A stretch of 64,000 nucleotides of DNA from Syntrophales bacterium (GCA_049302035.1 JBAQLR010000132.1:42173-106172); one strand, 5' to 3'. Positions 51,628 through 59,766 are shown, counted from the first letter of the stretch. Numbers and translations are program-made. The notes: a model not told the origin generated them from the sequence alone.

Positions 51628-52515
51628 ATGAAAGAAATAAAAAAAGTAGGCGTCATGGGTTGTGGGTTGATGGGTTCCGGTATTGCGCAGGTATGTGCCG
51701 AGGCCGGTTTTGAAACCATCGTCAGGGAAATTGAGCAACGCTTCATTGATAACGGCTTCAAAAAGATTGAGGACCTCTGGAAGAAAGGTGTGGAAAAAGG
51801 GAAAGTGACGGCGGAAGGTGTAGCGGCCGCCCGCACGAAACTGGCCGGTACGACGGATTTGGGCCAGATGAAGGATTGCGATCTGGTTATCGATGCCCTG
51901 CCGGAAGAAATTGCCATTAAAAAAGATGTGTTTAAGGCGCTGGATGCCATCGTGCCAGCTTCGACCATCATTGCCAGCAACACTTCTTCTTTAAGCGTCA
52001 CGGAGATGGCTACCTTTGCTTCCCATCCGGAGCGGTTTATCGGCATGCATTTTTTCAATCCCGTGCCGGTGATGAAGCTTGTGGAAGTTGTCAAAACCAT
52101 CGTCACTGCCGAAGAGAACCTGGCTGCCGCCTTCAAATTTGTGCAGTCTCTGGGCAAAGTCGGCATTGCCGCCAAGGATAATTGCGGCTTCATCGTGAAT
52201 CTGCTTTTGGTTCCCTATATCTTTGATGCCATCCGTATCTTTGAAACGGGGCAGGCCGGCATCGAAGATATCGACCAGGCCATGCGTTTCGGCGCCGCCT
52301 ATCCGATGGGACCCTTTGCCCTCTCCGATCTTGTGGGGCTTGATACGGCCTACAAGATCGGCGGCATTATGTACGAGGAAAACAAGGAGGCCCGTTACGC
52401 GCCGCCCGGCCTCCTGAAAAAGATGGTTTTAATGGGATATTACGGCAGGAAAACTGGGAAGGGCTTCTATGACTATTCCCAGACCCCGCCCAAACCGACG
52501 GAGCTCAACTTCTAA
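51628..52515 (+). CDS. hbd: 3-hydroxybutyryl-CoA dehydrogenase
   Basis: VGVMGCGLMGSGIAQV, SNTSSLS, GMHFFNPVPVMKLVE and GFIVNLLLVPY motifs are present. Start set to ATG 51628, 7 nt after GGGAGG. Confidence 0.9.
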   Translation: MKEIKKVGVMGCGLMGSGIAQVCAEAGFETIVREIEQRFIDNGFKKIEDLWKKGVEKGKVTAEGVAAARTKLAGTTDLGQMKDCDLVIDALPEEIAIKKDVFKALDAIVPASTIIASNTSSLSVTEMATFASHPERFIGMHFFNPVPVMKLVEVVKTIVTAEENLAAAFKFVQSLGKVGIAAKDNCGFIVNLLLVPYIFDAIRIFETGQAGIEDIDQAMRFGAAYPMGPFALSDLVGLDTAYKIGGIMYEENKEARYAPPGLLKKMVLMGYYGRKTGKGFYDYSQTPPKPTELNF

Positions 52516-52558
52516 GTTTCTGTCGGGAAATAACTATCACACTTTCATGGCTCGTCCC

Positions 52559-53060
52559 CTAGAGTGCCAGGGGGGATGCGGCAGCCGGCGCAGCTGGGCG
52601 GCCTCTGCGTCGCCTTTTACTCCGTCTTTTTGCCGGGGATCCATTGGTGGACTGCTCTGAACTGATGGGACGAATGAGCCGCTTTTGGAGGTCGCTCAGC
52701 CCCGTAGAGTAATCAATCAGGGAATGATCTGCGATATTATAGGCAAGGGCGTTAATCGTGAAGTCGCGGCGGCGCGCATCATCTTCCGGCGTGCCAAAGA
52801 TGTTGTCACGGAGAACCATACCGTCCAGGTCCTTGAGGTGACGCGGGAGGCGGTTATTTGGGCGCGGCGTCTGTGGCGATGTCGAAATCCTTGGGGGTTC
52901 TCTCCAAGAGCAGATCGCGGACACAGCCCCCGACCAGGTAGGCAACGAAACCGTTGTCGCGGAGTCGGTAAAGTGTGCGCAGGACATTCGGGCTTACCTG
53001 CTTTCGGGATATCCTGTGTTCCTTTCGGGGAATGATTTGTGGCTGCATGGTCCGCACCAT
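52559..53060 (-). pseudogene. decayed poly(A) polymerase / CCA-adding nucleotidyltransferase gene (pcnB-like remnant)
   Basis: Frame A (53060-52854) encodes a normal family N-terminus, FVAYLVGGCVRDLLLERTPKDFDIATDAAPK, then a stop. A different frame continues with MVLRDNIFGTPEDDARRRDFTINALAY...LIRPIS, then jumps to an Arg/Lys tail. The total is only about 0.5 kb. Confidence 0.6.
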
Positions 53061-53130
53061 AGCACAACTGATCGAAAAAGCAAAATCCCGGTGGCGGTGC
53101 GCCTGCCAGAGCGGAAGATCGATGCAGATA

Positions 53131-53173
53131 CTAAGAATAAATTAAATTTGTGTGCCTAATTATGCGGAGGCAC
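53131..53173 (-). terminator. candidate intrinsic terminator after glnK
   Basis: On the minus strand: GTGCCT-N10-AGGCAC hairpin (53173-53152), touching the stop codon, followed by ACAAATTTAATTTATTCTT. Confidence 0.4.
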
Positions 53174-53565
53174 TAATCTTTCCTTTTACCCAAGCCTCGT
53201 TTTTCGTCGATATCACCGGGATACATTACCGCGGATTGGCTTCGCTCTCTGGTGCGGACACGGATTACCTCTTCAACAGGATAAATGAAAATCAAGCCAT
53301 CGCCCGGTTCGCCGGTGTAGGCAGATTTGAGGATAGCCTCTATCGTATCCTCAAGGTTGCGTTCGCTGACGACAATGTTTAGTTGCATTTTGGGCAACAT
53401 GTCCACCTGGTAGGTGCCGGAACGGCCTGCCAGCTTGATGCCGCCCTGGCGGCCGTGACCGCGGATTTCAAAAATATTCATTCCAACAATGCCGATTTCA
53501 CTTAAGGCTTCCTTGACATCGTTAACCTTGTCCTCTCGAATGATGGCTTCTATTTTTTTTAACAT
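53173..53565 (-). CDS. glnK: P-II nitrogen regulatory protein (GlnK-type, amtB-linked) with C-terminal extension
   Basis: KKIEAIIRE.K...VKEAL, T-loop region GHGRQGGIKLAGRSGTYQVD and GDGLIFIYPVEEVIRVRT are present. It lies directly downstream of amtB. It is 130 aa versus the usual 112. Confidence 0.85.
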   Translation of the reverse strand: MLKKIEAIIREDKVNDVKEALSEIGIVGMNIFEIRGHGRQGGIKLAGRSGTYQVDMLPKMQLNIVVSERNLEDTIEAILKSAYTGEPGDGLIFIYPVEEVIRVRTRERSQSAVMYPGDIDEKRGLGKRKD

Positions 53566-53608
53566 GGCAATATCTCCAAAGTAAATAAGCTCTTATCTTC
53601 AAGCCGGG

Positions 53609-54835
53609 CTAAGAATAGGATCGTTCACCGTGTGAGCTGATGTCCAAGCCAACCTCTTCCTCCGCAGCGGTGACCCGCAGGCCGATGCTTGCATGCAGTA
53701 ATTTGGCTAGTACGTAGGTAGCGCCGAAACTAAAGGCGATGGTGGCCAGAATTGCCAGCAACTGCACGCTGAGTTGCCCTGGATTACCGAAGAAAAGGCC
53801 ATCACCTCCGGCGCTGTTTACAACTTTGGTGGCAAAAAGCCCGGTGGCAACCATACCCCAAGTACTTGCCAGACCGTGACAGGCCCAGACATCCAGGGAC
53901 TCGTCGAGTTTTTGCCTATCCCGGAAACGCATGGCATAATAAGAAAGCGGTGCGGCCACCATGCCGATCACCAACGCCGTCATGGGCGTGACAAAGCCGC
54001 AAGCGGGAGTGACTGCGGCCAGGCCAACGATCATGCCCGTGGCAATGCCCAGGGTGCTGGGGCGACCATCAAGCCAGGACAACATCATCCAGACCAAACC
54101 TGCGGCGGATGCCGAGGTGTTAGTGGTTATGAGAGCGTTTACCGCCACACCGTCGGCCGCCAGGGCGCTGCCGGCATTAAAGCCAAACCAGCCTACCCAC
54201 AATAAGCCCGCTCCGATGACCGTGAAGGGAATATTGTTGGGTTCCATTGGCGACTTGCCAAATCCCTTGCGTGGTCCGATAACAATGGCAAAGGCCAGAG
54301 CGGAAAAACCGGCGGCAATGTGCACCACAGTGCCACCGGCAAAGTCCAGCACACCCATTTCCTTGAGCCAGCCACCCTGTCCCCAGACCCAGTGACATAG
54401 GGGATCATAAACCAGCGTCGCCCAAAGGAGACTGAAGATGAGGAAGCTCTTGAATTTTATCCGTTCCACAAAGGCGCCGGTAATCAGGGCCGGGGTGATC
54501 ACAGCAAACATCATCTGAAAGGCCGCAAAGAGGCTGTGGGGAATGGTTTTGCTGTAGTCGCCATTGGGGAGGGTGCCGACTCCGCTGAAGCCGACAAAAT
54601 TCAGGCCGCCGATGAGTCCCTCTATGTCCTTACCGAAAGCCAGGGAGTAGCCGTAAAGCATCCACTGTACGCCAATCAAGGCCATAAAGGTATAACTCAA
54701 GGTTAAAGTGGAAAGAACATTTTTGCGCCTTACCATACCCCCGTAAAAGAGTGCAAGCGCCGGCGTCATCAGTAACACCAGCGAGCAGCAGACCAGCACC
54801 CAGGCGGTGTCGCCGGCGTTGATTTGGTTGACCAT
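53609..54835 (-). CDS. amtB: ammonium transporter
   Basis: 11-TM Amt/Rh protein with DFAGGTVVHIAAG and WFGFNAGSA signatures. Confidence 0.95.
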   Translation of the reverse strand: MVNQINAGDTAWVLVCCSLVLLMTPALALFYGGMVRRKNVLSTLTLSYTFMALIGVQWMLYGYSLAFGKDIEGLIGGLNFVGFSGVGTLPNGDYSKTIPHSLFAAFQMMFAVITPALITGAFVERIKFKSFLIFSLLWATLVYDPLCHWVWGQGGWLKEMGVLDFAGGTVVHIAAGFSALAFAIVIGPRKGFGKSPMEPNNIPFTVIGAGLLWVGWFGFNAGSALAADGVAVNALITTNTSASAAGLVWMMLSWLDGRPSTLGIATGMIVGLAAVTPACGFVTPMTALVIGMVAAPLSYYAMRFRDRQKLDESLDVWACHGLASTWGMVATGLFATKVVNSAGGDGLFFGNPGQLSVQLLAILATIAFSFGATYVLAKLLHASIGLRVTAAEEEVGLDISSHGERSYS

Positions 54836-54889
54836 AAGTATTTTACCTTTCTGTGGAAGTTTGATTCTAAAGCAAATCCGAGACTCAAA

Positions 54890-54906
54890 AGCAATTATCT
54901 TGCCAA
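54890..54906 (-). promoter_or_regulatory. sigma-54 (-24/-12) promoter of the amtB-glnK operon
   Basis: The minus strand reads TTGGCAAGATAATTGCT, i.e. TGGCAaG-N4-TTGCT against the consensus TGGCACG-N4-TTGCW, with exact GG-to-GC spacing. It lies about 55 nt upstream of the amtB ATG. Confidence 0.65.
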
Positions 54907-55075
54907 TAATTAATGCTTATTGGGTATAGTCATTTACAGTTTTAAAAATGTTAGCGGCAGGACAAAATTGTATAAAATATAATTATTGGTACACTATTGT
55001 AATATCGGGACATACTAAAGGGAAGGTCGCCAGCGATCTTCCTGGATGAGCTTCCACATAATGGGGGATTTTTGA

Positions 55076-55104
55076 TTGACATTGACGCATGAAAAAACGA
55101 GAAT
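55076..55104 (+). promoter_or_regulatory. candidate sigma-70-type promoter for the PLD-like gene
   Basis: TTGACA (55076-55081), a 17-nt spacer, then GAGAAT (55099-55104). Confidence 0.35.
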
Positions 55105-55171
55105 GCTTCGGGATAGGTTTTGAACTATTTAAGGAACGCTGCATCGCTTACGCAAGAAGGGAAGGTGGTTC

Positions 55172-55732
55172 ATGAAGTTCAAGCTTGGGTTATATCAGAT
55201 TATCCTTACGTCCTTTTGTTGGCCAATTATCAGTGCTTACGCCGTCGATCTCAAACTCAATAATACCACCGCCATGGTTTGTTTCAGTCCTCAAGATCAG
55301 TGCAGCGAAGCCATCGTCAAAGAAATTACACGCGCCAAGGCGAAAATCCTCATCCAGGCTTATACTTTCAATTCTTCGGAAGTTGTGGCCGCCCTTCTTC
55401 AAGCGCATGCCCGGGGCGTGGCTATCGAAATTATCCTCGACAAATCCAATCTTTGGGCAAAATCCAGCGCTGGCTTTACTGTCAGTCAGGCGGGCATCCC
55501 GACTTACATTGATTCCTGCCATGTTATTGCCAATAACAAGGTGATGATTATCGATGACAATACCGTGAGTACCGGCAGCTTTAATTTTACGGAAACGGCC
55601 GCGTCTAAAAACGCCGAGAATCTGCTCATCATCAGGAACAGAGAACTGGCTGCCGTCTATCTGGACAACTGGGCGAAACACAAGGAACATGCGGTTCGGT
55701 ACGATTCCCGACAGGACGAAAAAAGCAGGTAG
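55172..55732 (+). CDS. secreted PLD-superfamily (Nuc-like) protein with non-canonical HKD motif
   Basis: Signal peptide and Nuc-like order: FSPQD, ILIQAYTF, RGVAIEIILD, then IANNKVMIIDDNTVSTGSFNFTETAASKNAENLLI. The residue two positions before the Lys is Asn, not His. Confidence 0.7.
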   Translation: MKFKLGLYQIILTSFCWPIISAYAVDLKLNNTTAMVCFSPQDQCSEAIVKEITRAKAKILIQAYTFNSSEVVAALLQAHARGVAIEIILDKSNLWAKSSAGFTVSQAGIPTYIDSCHVIANNKVMIIDDNTVSTGSFNFTETAASKNAENLLIIRNRELAAVYLDNWAKHKEHAVRYDSRQDEKSR

Positions 55733-55751
55733 GAGGCCTTAGTTATCAAAC

Positions 55752-56246
55752 ATGGAAGAGGCAACGTTGCGGACGATAATCCTCCAATATATGTCCAGTC
55801 ACCATACTTTGGCGCTGGCGACAGCGCAGGACGGCTTGCCTCACTGCGCGGCCGTTTTCTATGTAAACATCGGATTTAAACTTTATTTTGTAAGCAGCCC
55901 GCTGAGCCGACATGGGGTAAATTTATCACGACTGGCGAGGGTGTCGGCGACGATCAATGAAGATTATGCCCTTTGGCGATTGATCAAAGGGATTCAACTG
56001 GAAGGGACTGTCAGGAAGGTATGCGGGCTTTGGGAGAACGGGCAGCTTGCTATCGCTTTTACTAAAAAGTTTTCCGATGTGGCGAGTTTCTTTGCTGCAC
56101 CCAAGCAGCTTGGGGAAGAGATAATAGCCAAAGTGAAGGGTGTGGAATTTTACGAGCTTTCTCCCACCCGCCTCTTTTACCTCGACAATGAGCTCGGTTT
56201 TGGCCACCGGGAGGAATTGCCCTTAGTCCAGAGTGAAGAGCCGTGA
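55752..56246 (+). CDS. pyridoxamine-5'-phosphate-oxidase-like FMN-binding split-barrel protein
   Basis: 164 aa. The pattern LALATAQDGLPHCAAVFYV...LYFVSSP..RH is typical of PNPOx-like general-stress-type proteins. Pattern-level call. Confidence 0.55.
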   Translation: MEEATLRTIILQYMSSHHTLALATAQDGLPHCAAVFYVNIGFKLYFVSSPLSRHGVNLSRLARVSATINEDYALWRLIKGIQLEGTVRKVCGLWENGQLAIAFTKKFSDVASFFAAPKQLGEEIIAKVKGVEFYELSPTRLFYLDNELGFGHREELPLVQSEEP

Positions 56247-56312
56247 AATAAAACCATCAGAAACGCAATAACCTTAAAAGTTATAGAGTTATAGAACTAA
56301 GGCTGCCGGGTG

Positions 56313-57215
56313 CTAGAGGCGACTGAGGTCCTCGTGGCCCGCGTCATCATGGGGATTAACATGAATCATGACTTCGCCCACACGGTCGAACTGTTCAAAG
56401 ATGAGCCGTTTGACCGTGGCGGTGATGGCATGTGACTCCTTTACCGACATGGCCGGATCCATATCGATCTTCATATCTATAATGAGGTACTGACCGGAGC
56501 GGCGGCAGCGGATTTCGTGTACATGCTCGATACCGGGCACCTCTTCCGCAAGCTTTGTAATGGCATTGTTAAATGTCTGGGGAGGCTGACAATCCATCAA
56601 ATCATCGGCGGCGCCGGAAAAAGTCTGCCAGGCGATATGAAAGATAAAAAAGGCGGTTAGACCGGCAGCAAGTGGATCCAACAATTCCGCACCAAGGTAT
56701 GCACCAACGACACCGATCAGAGTGGCTACGGAGGTGACCGCATCCTTGCGGTGGTCCTGGGCGATTGCCGACAGCGCCGGACTTTCCAGCCGCGTTGATG
56801 CGCAGCGTGTATAGCGAAAGAGAGCCTCTTTAATGATGATCGTAACCAGGGCGGCAAGGACGGCGATTAACTGTGGTTTTGCGTATTCCTTATGTAGGAT
56901 GGTGGAAACGGCGCTATAGATGATGCCGCAACCGGTAAGGAAGATGATTAGTGAAACCAGGACGGCGGCAATACTCTCGGCCTTGCCGTGCCCATAGGGA
57001 TGCTTTTCGTCAAAAGGCCTACGCCCGATTTTAAGGGCGATAAGGGTGAAAAATATCGCTACAAAGTCACAGGCACTCTCCAACCCGTCTGCAAAGACGG
57101 CCTCGGAATTGCCTAAATGGCCCGCCAGCAGCTTCATAACCATCAAGAAGGCGTTTACCCAGAAGCCAAAGGCAATTACCTTGCCCGCCAGACTGAATCT
57201 TTCCGCTCTATCCAT
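56313..57215 (-). CDS. cation diffusion facilitator (CDF) family metal efflux transporter
   Basis: Six TM helices with SEAVFADGLESACD and IAQDHRKDAVTS metal-site motifs, plus a C-terminal cytoplasmic domain (H.IR.R..G....D..I). Start set to ATG 57215. Confidence 0.85.
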   Translation of the reverse strand: MDRAERFSLAGKVIAFGFWVNAFLMVMKLLAGHLGNSEAVFADGLESACDFVAIFFTLIALKIGRRPFDEKHPYGHGKAESIAAVLVSLIIFLTGCGIIYSAVSTILHKEYAKPQLIAVLAALVTIIIKEALFRYTRCASTRLESPALSAIAQDHRKDAVTSVATLIGVVGAYLGAELLDPLAAGLTAFFIFHIAWQTFSGAADDLMDCQPPQTFNNAITKLAEEVPGIEHVHEIRCRRSGQYLIIDMKIDMDPAMSVKESHAITATVKRLIFEQFDRVGEVMIHVNPHDDAGHEDLSRL

Positions 57216-57311
57216 GGGGAAAGTCTTCTCCAGATGTAGATAACGCAAGTCGTATAACCATTTCTGCAGGTAATATCAATATATTTTCAGGGCAATGGCT
57301 GCGGCTTTTCC

Positions 57312-57560
57312 CTAATAAGGGGTGGCAGGACCGATCAAGCGGGCAGAGTTTAGCATGGAAGAATTCAGGGCGATAGCGTTGCCAAGATCTTCACGGTCCG
57401 ATACCATTTCCACCACGAAGGATTGCCGTAAGGGAATGTCAAAAGCATTGATTATCCCAAGCAGGAGACTGAACAGGATAATTTGCCAGACCTGGATAAT
57501 GACGGTCATCACGGCCACGGCAAGAGCGGCTGCCTGGATCAGGGCCAGGACTTGAGTCAC
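57312..57560 (-). pseudogene. internal fragment of an MFS (MFS_3/EntS-like) transporter gene
   Basis: The 82-aa ORF contains only about 2 TM helices and the loop GIINAFDIPLRQSFVVEMVSDREDLGNAIALNSSMLNSARLIGPA, typical of the TM2-TM4 region of 12-TM transporters. No remaining TM helices are found in any frame nearby. Confidence 0.55.
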
Positions 57561-57601
57561 GATCAGCAGACGGTTATCCTTCCACCCGTGGGAATTCCCT
57601 T

Positions 57602-58783
57602 CTACTTAACCAAGGAGCCAAAGGTTATTATTTCAGGGCCATGCTTGTTCCTTATTTCATCCATAGCCCTGTCAATTTGTGCATTTTTAGCGTTTTTCCC
57701 ATCATCTTCCATTTGATCAAAAAGTGACAACTGGCGTGAATGGCAGTCGTCATAAAATCCCCCAAGGCTTATTCCGATTAATCTTACGGAACGTAACCTG
57801 TTCCAATGCTGCTCAAGCAGACTGCAGCCGGCCTTATATATTTCTCTGGTTGTACAGGTTGCGGGTATGGTTGTCTGTCTTGTGACTACCTGAAAATCAG
57901 AATATTTAAGGGTTATATGTACCGTGCGACCTCTTTTGCCGTGTTTTCTTGCGGTCTTGCCAATATCATCAGCAAGCTCCATGAGAACTACCTTTGCTTG
58001 TTCAAAATCAGATAGATCTTCCGGCAGTGTTGTGGAGCGTCCGATCGACTTCATGTCGGCGGCCATGTGAGCGAACACGGGGGAATTGTCCTTTCCATTG
58101 GCATGCTGATAAACATCATTTCCACTTTTTCCGAAAGTTTTGACAATAAGGCGCTCATCAAATCCCGCAAGCTCACCTATCGTCTGTATCCCCATGCGAT
58201 TCAGCCTTTCAGCGTTTTTACCACCAATGCCATACATATCCCTTACCGGAAGCGGCCAGAGTTTGCTGGGAATGTCCTGCTCCCATAGTTCGGTGATGCC
58301 GAGGGGCTTCTTCATTTCAGCGGCCATTTTTGCAAGGAACTTGTTTGCTGCAATTCCTATAGAGCACCAAAGCCCGAGCCTGTCTTTGATTTCAGCCATT
58401 ATACGTTTGGCAGCTTCCACAGGTTTGCCGAAAAGTCCTTCACATCCGGTCATATCAAGCCATGCCTCATCAATGCTGTTTTGTTCCAAGGTCGGAGCAT
58501 AGTTAGACAGCAAGTCCATGACCTCTTTTGATTTCTGCTCATAGAAACGATGATCCGGCGGCACTAAGATTATTTTAGGGCAAAGTTTCAAAGCTTCATG
58601 AAGAACCATGGCAGTCTTAACGCCGCAGGATCTTGCCTCATAGTTTGCCGCAAGGATAATGCCGGTCCGCTTTTTCGGATCACCGGCAACAGCGGCAGCA
58701 ATTCCAGCAAGAGAAGGATTCCTGGTCATTTCGCAACTTATAAAAAAGGCATTCATGTCAACAAGAAAGATAACTTTTTGCAA
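57602..58783 (-). CDS. dinB: DNA polymerase IV (Y-family)
   Basis: IFLVDMNAFFISCE, SIDEAWLDMTG and IGIAANKFLAKMA motifs are present. Confidence 0.93.
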   Translation of the reverse strand: MQKVIFLVDMNAFFISCEMTRNPSLAGIAAAVAGDPKKRTGIILAANYEARSCGVKTAMVLHEALKLCPKIILVPPDHRFYEQKSKEVMDLLSNYAPTLEQNSIDEAWLDMTGCEGLFGKPVEAAKRIMAEIKDRLGLWCSIGIAANKFLAKMAAEMKKPLGITELWEQDIPSKLWPLPVRDMYGIGGKNAERLNRMGIQTIGELAGFDERLIVKTFGKSGNDVYQHANGKDNSPVFAHMAADMKSIGRSTTLPEDLSDFEQAKVVLMELADDIGKTARKHGKRGRTVHITLKYSDFQVVTRQTTIPATCTTREIYKAGCSLLEQHWNRLRSVRLIGISLGGFYDDCHSRQLSLFDQMEDDGKNAKNAQIDRAMDEIRNKHGPEIITFGSLVK

Positions 58784-58859
58784 AATGACCTCGTCGGCGT
58801 AATCTGCCGGGGTAGGGTAGGTCGCAGGAAAGGTTGCGTTCCCCTATGATATTGGCTGC

Positions 58860-59123
58860 TCAGAGTGCGAACAGGACGAGCTCCTGTGCTTTCAGCTCTT
58901 GATAGATTTGATCGAGCTGTTTTTTGCTCTGCACGATACAGGTTGCCGTTATGGATAAATATTTATCTCCTTTGCTTAATCGTCGGGAATAGTGAATCTG
59001 GTCGGGACTCACGTATTTTTCGCAAATGATTTGCACGGCTGCGGCAAAAGCTTCGCTATTATTACCCATGATTTTAAGAGGATAGGCACAGGGAAAGTGA
59101 AGTATGGTATTTTGTTCCATCAT
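58860..59123 (-). CDS. DUF493 / YbeD-family protein
   Basis: 87 aa with the FPCAYPLKIMG motif characteristic of YbeD-like proteins. Confidence 0.7.
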   Translation of the reverse strand: MMEQNTILHFPCAYPLKIMGNNSEAFAAAVQIICEKYVSPDQIHYSRRLSKGDKYLSITATCIVQSKKQLDQIYQELKAQELVLFAL

Positions 59124-59647
59124 TACTTGCCTCGCGCCGATACAATCGTATGCGGATTCAGGAGCTCCCGATAAAGTTCGAGGGCCTGCGGGGAAAAACA
59201 GCAGAAGGTTATTTCTCCGGCATAGCCGGTTTGAGTGGCAAACTCCTGCACGGTAGTCACGGCAATTTTGGCCGCTTCTTTGGCGGGATAACCATAAACA
59301 CCCGTACTAATGCAGGGAAAGGCGATAGACTTGAGATCATGACGCTGCGCAATTTCCAGAGAATTCCAGTAGCAGTTGCGCAAGAGCGCCGGTTCTTGTT
59401 GTCGTCCGCCGTGCCAAACGGGGCCAACGGTATGAATGATGTATTTTGCCGACAAATTGTAACCTTTGGTAAGTACGGCTGCCCCAGTTGGACATCCTCC
59501 CAGCAGCCTGGTTTCGGCAAGCAGTCCGGAACCAGCCGCAAGGTGGATTGCCCCGTCCACACCGCCGCCACCCAGCAAAGTGTTGCTGGCAGCATTGATG
59601 ATGGCATCTACCTTAAGCGTCGTTATGTCTCCCTTTATCGCTTGCAT
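59123..59647 (-). CDS. macro-domain protein (O-acetyl-ADP-ribose deacetylase-like)
   Basis: GDITTLKVDAIINAASNTLLGGGGVDGAIH and SIAFPCISTGVYGYP motifs are present. Start set to ATG 59647 (MQAIKGDIT). Confidence 0.88.
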   Translation of the reverse strand: MQAIKGDITTLKVDAIINAASNTLLGGGGVDGAIHLAAGSGLLAETRLLGGCPTGAAVLTKGYNLSAKYIIHTVGPVWHGGRQQEPALLRNCYWNSLEIAQRHDLKSIAFPCISTGVYGYPAKEAAKIAVTTVQEFATQTGYAGEITFCCFSPQALELYRELLNPHTIVSARGK

Positions 59648-59714
59648 GGTTAACGCCCCAACTCCGGTTTGGAAATCAGTTAACAATTATCGCCATTAAT
59701 AATAGTAATTCAAG

Positions 59715-59766
59715 ATTTGTCAAGGCAGGAAAGGACATTGACAAATTCAGCGCAAAATGGAAGTAT
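59715..59766 (+). promoter_or_regulatory. 9-bp perfect inverted repeat overlapping a candidate promoter of the metal ABC importer operon
   Basis: ATTTGTCAA (59715-59723), 14 nt, then TTGACAAAT (59738-59746). The right arm contains TTGACA, followed by a 17-nt spacer and TGgAAGTAT (extended -10-like, 59758-59766). Confidence 0.4.

Noticed and set aside
51576-52193. 205-aa antisense ORF inside hbd
   Set aside because: Shadow ORF. The hbd frame has all NAD-binding and catalytic motifs.
52469-53067. Several 60-116 aa ORFs on both strands in the pcnB-remnant region
   Set aside because: GC-rich sequence gives spurious open frames. Only the two minus-strand frames with nucleotidyltransferase motifs are meaningful, and they form a pseudogene.
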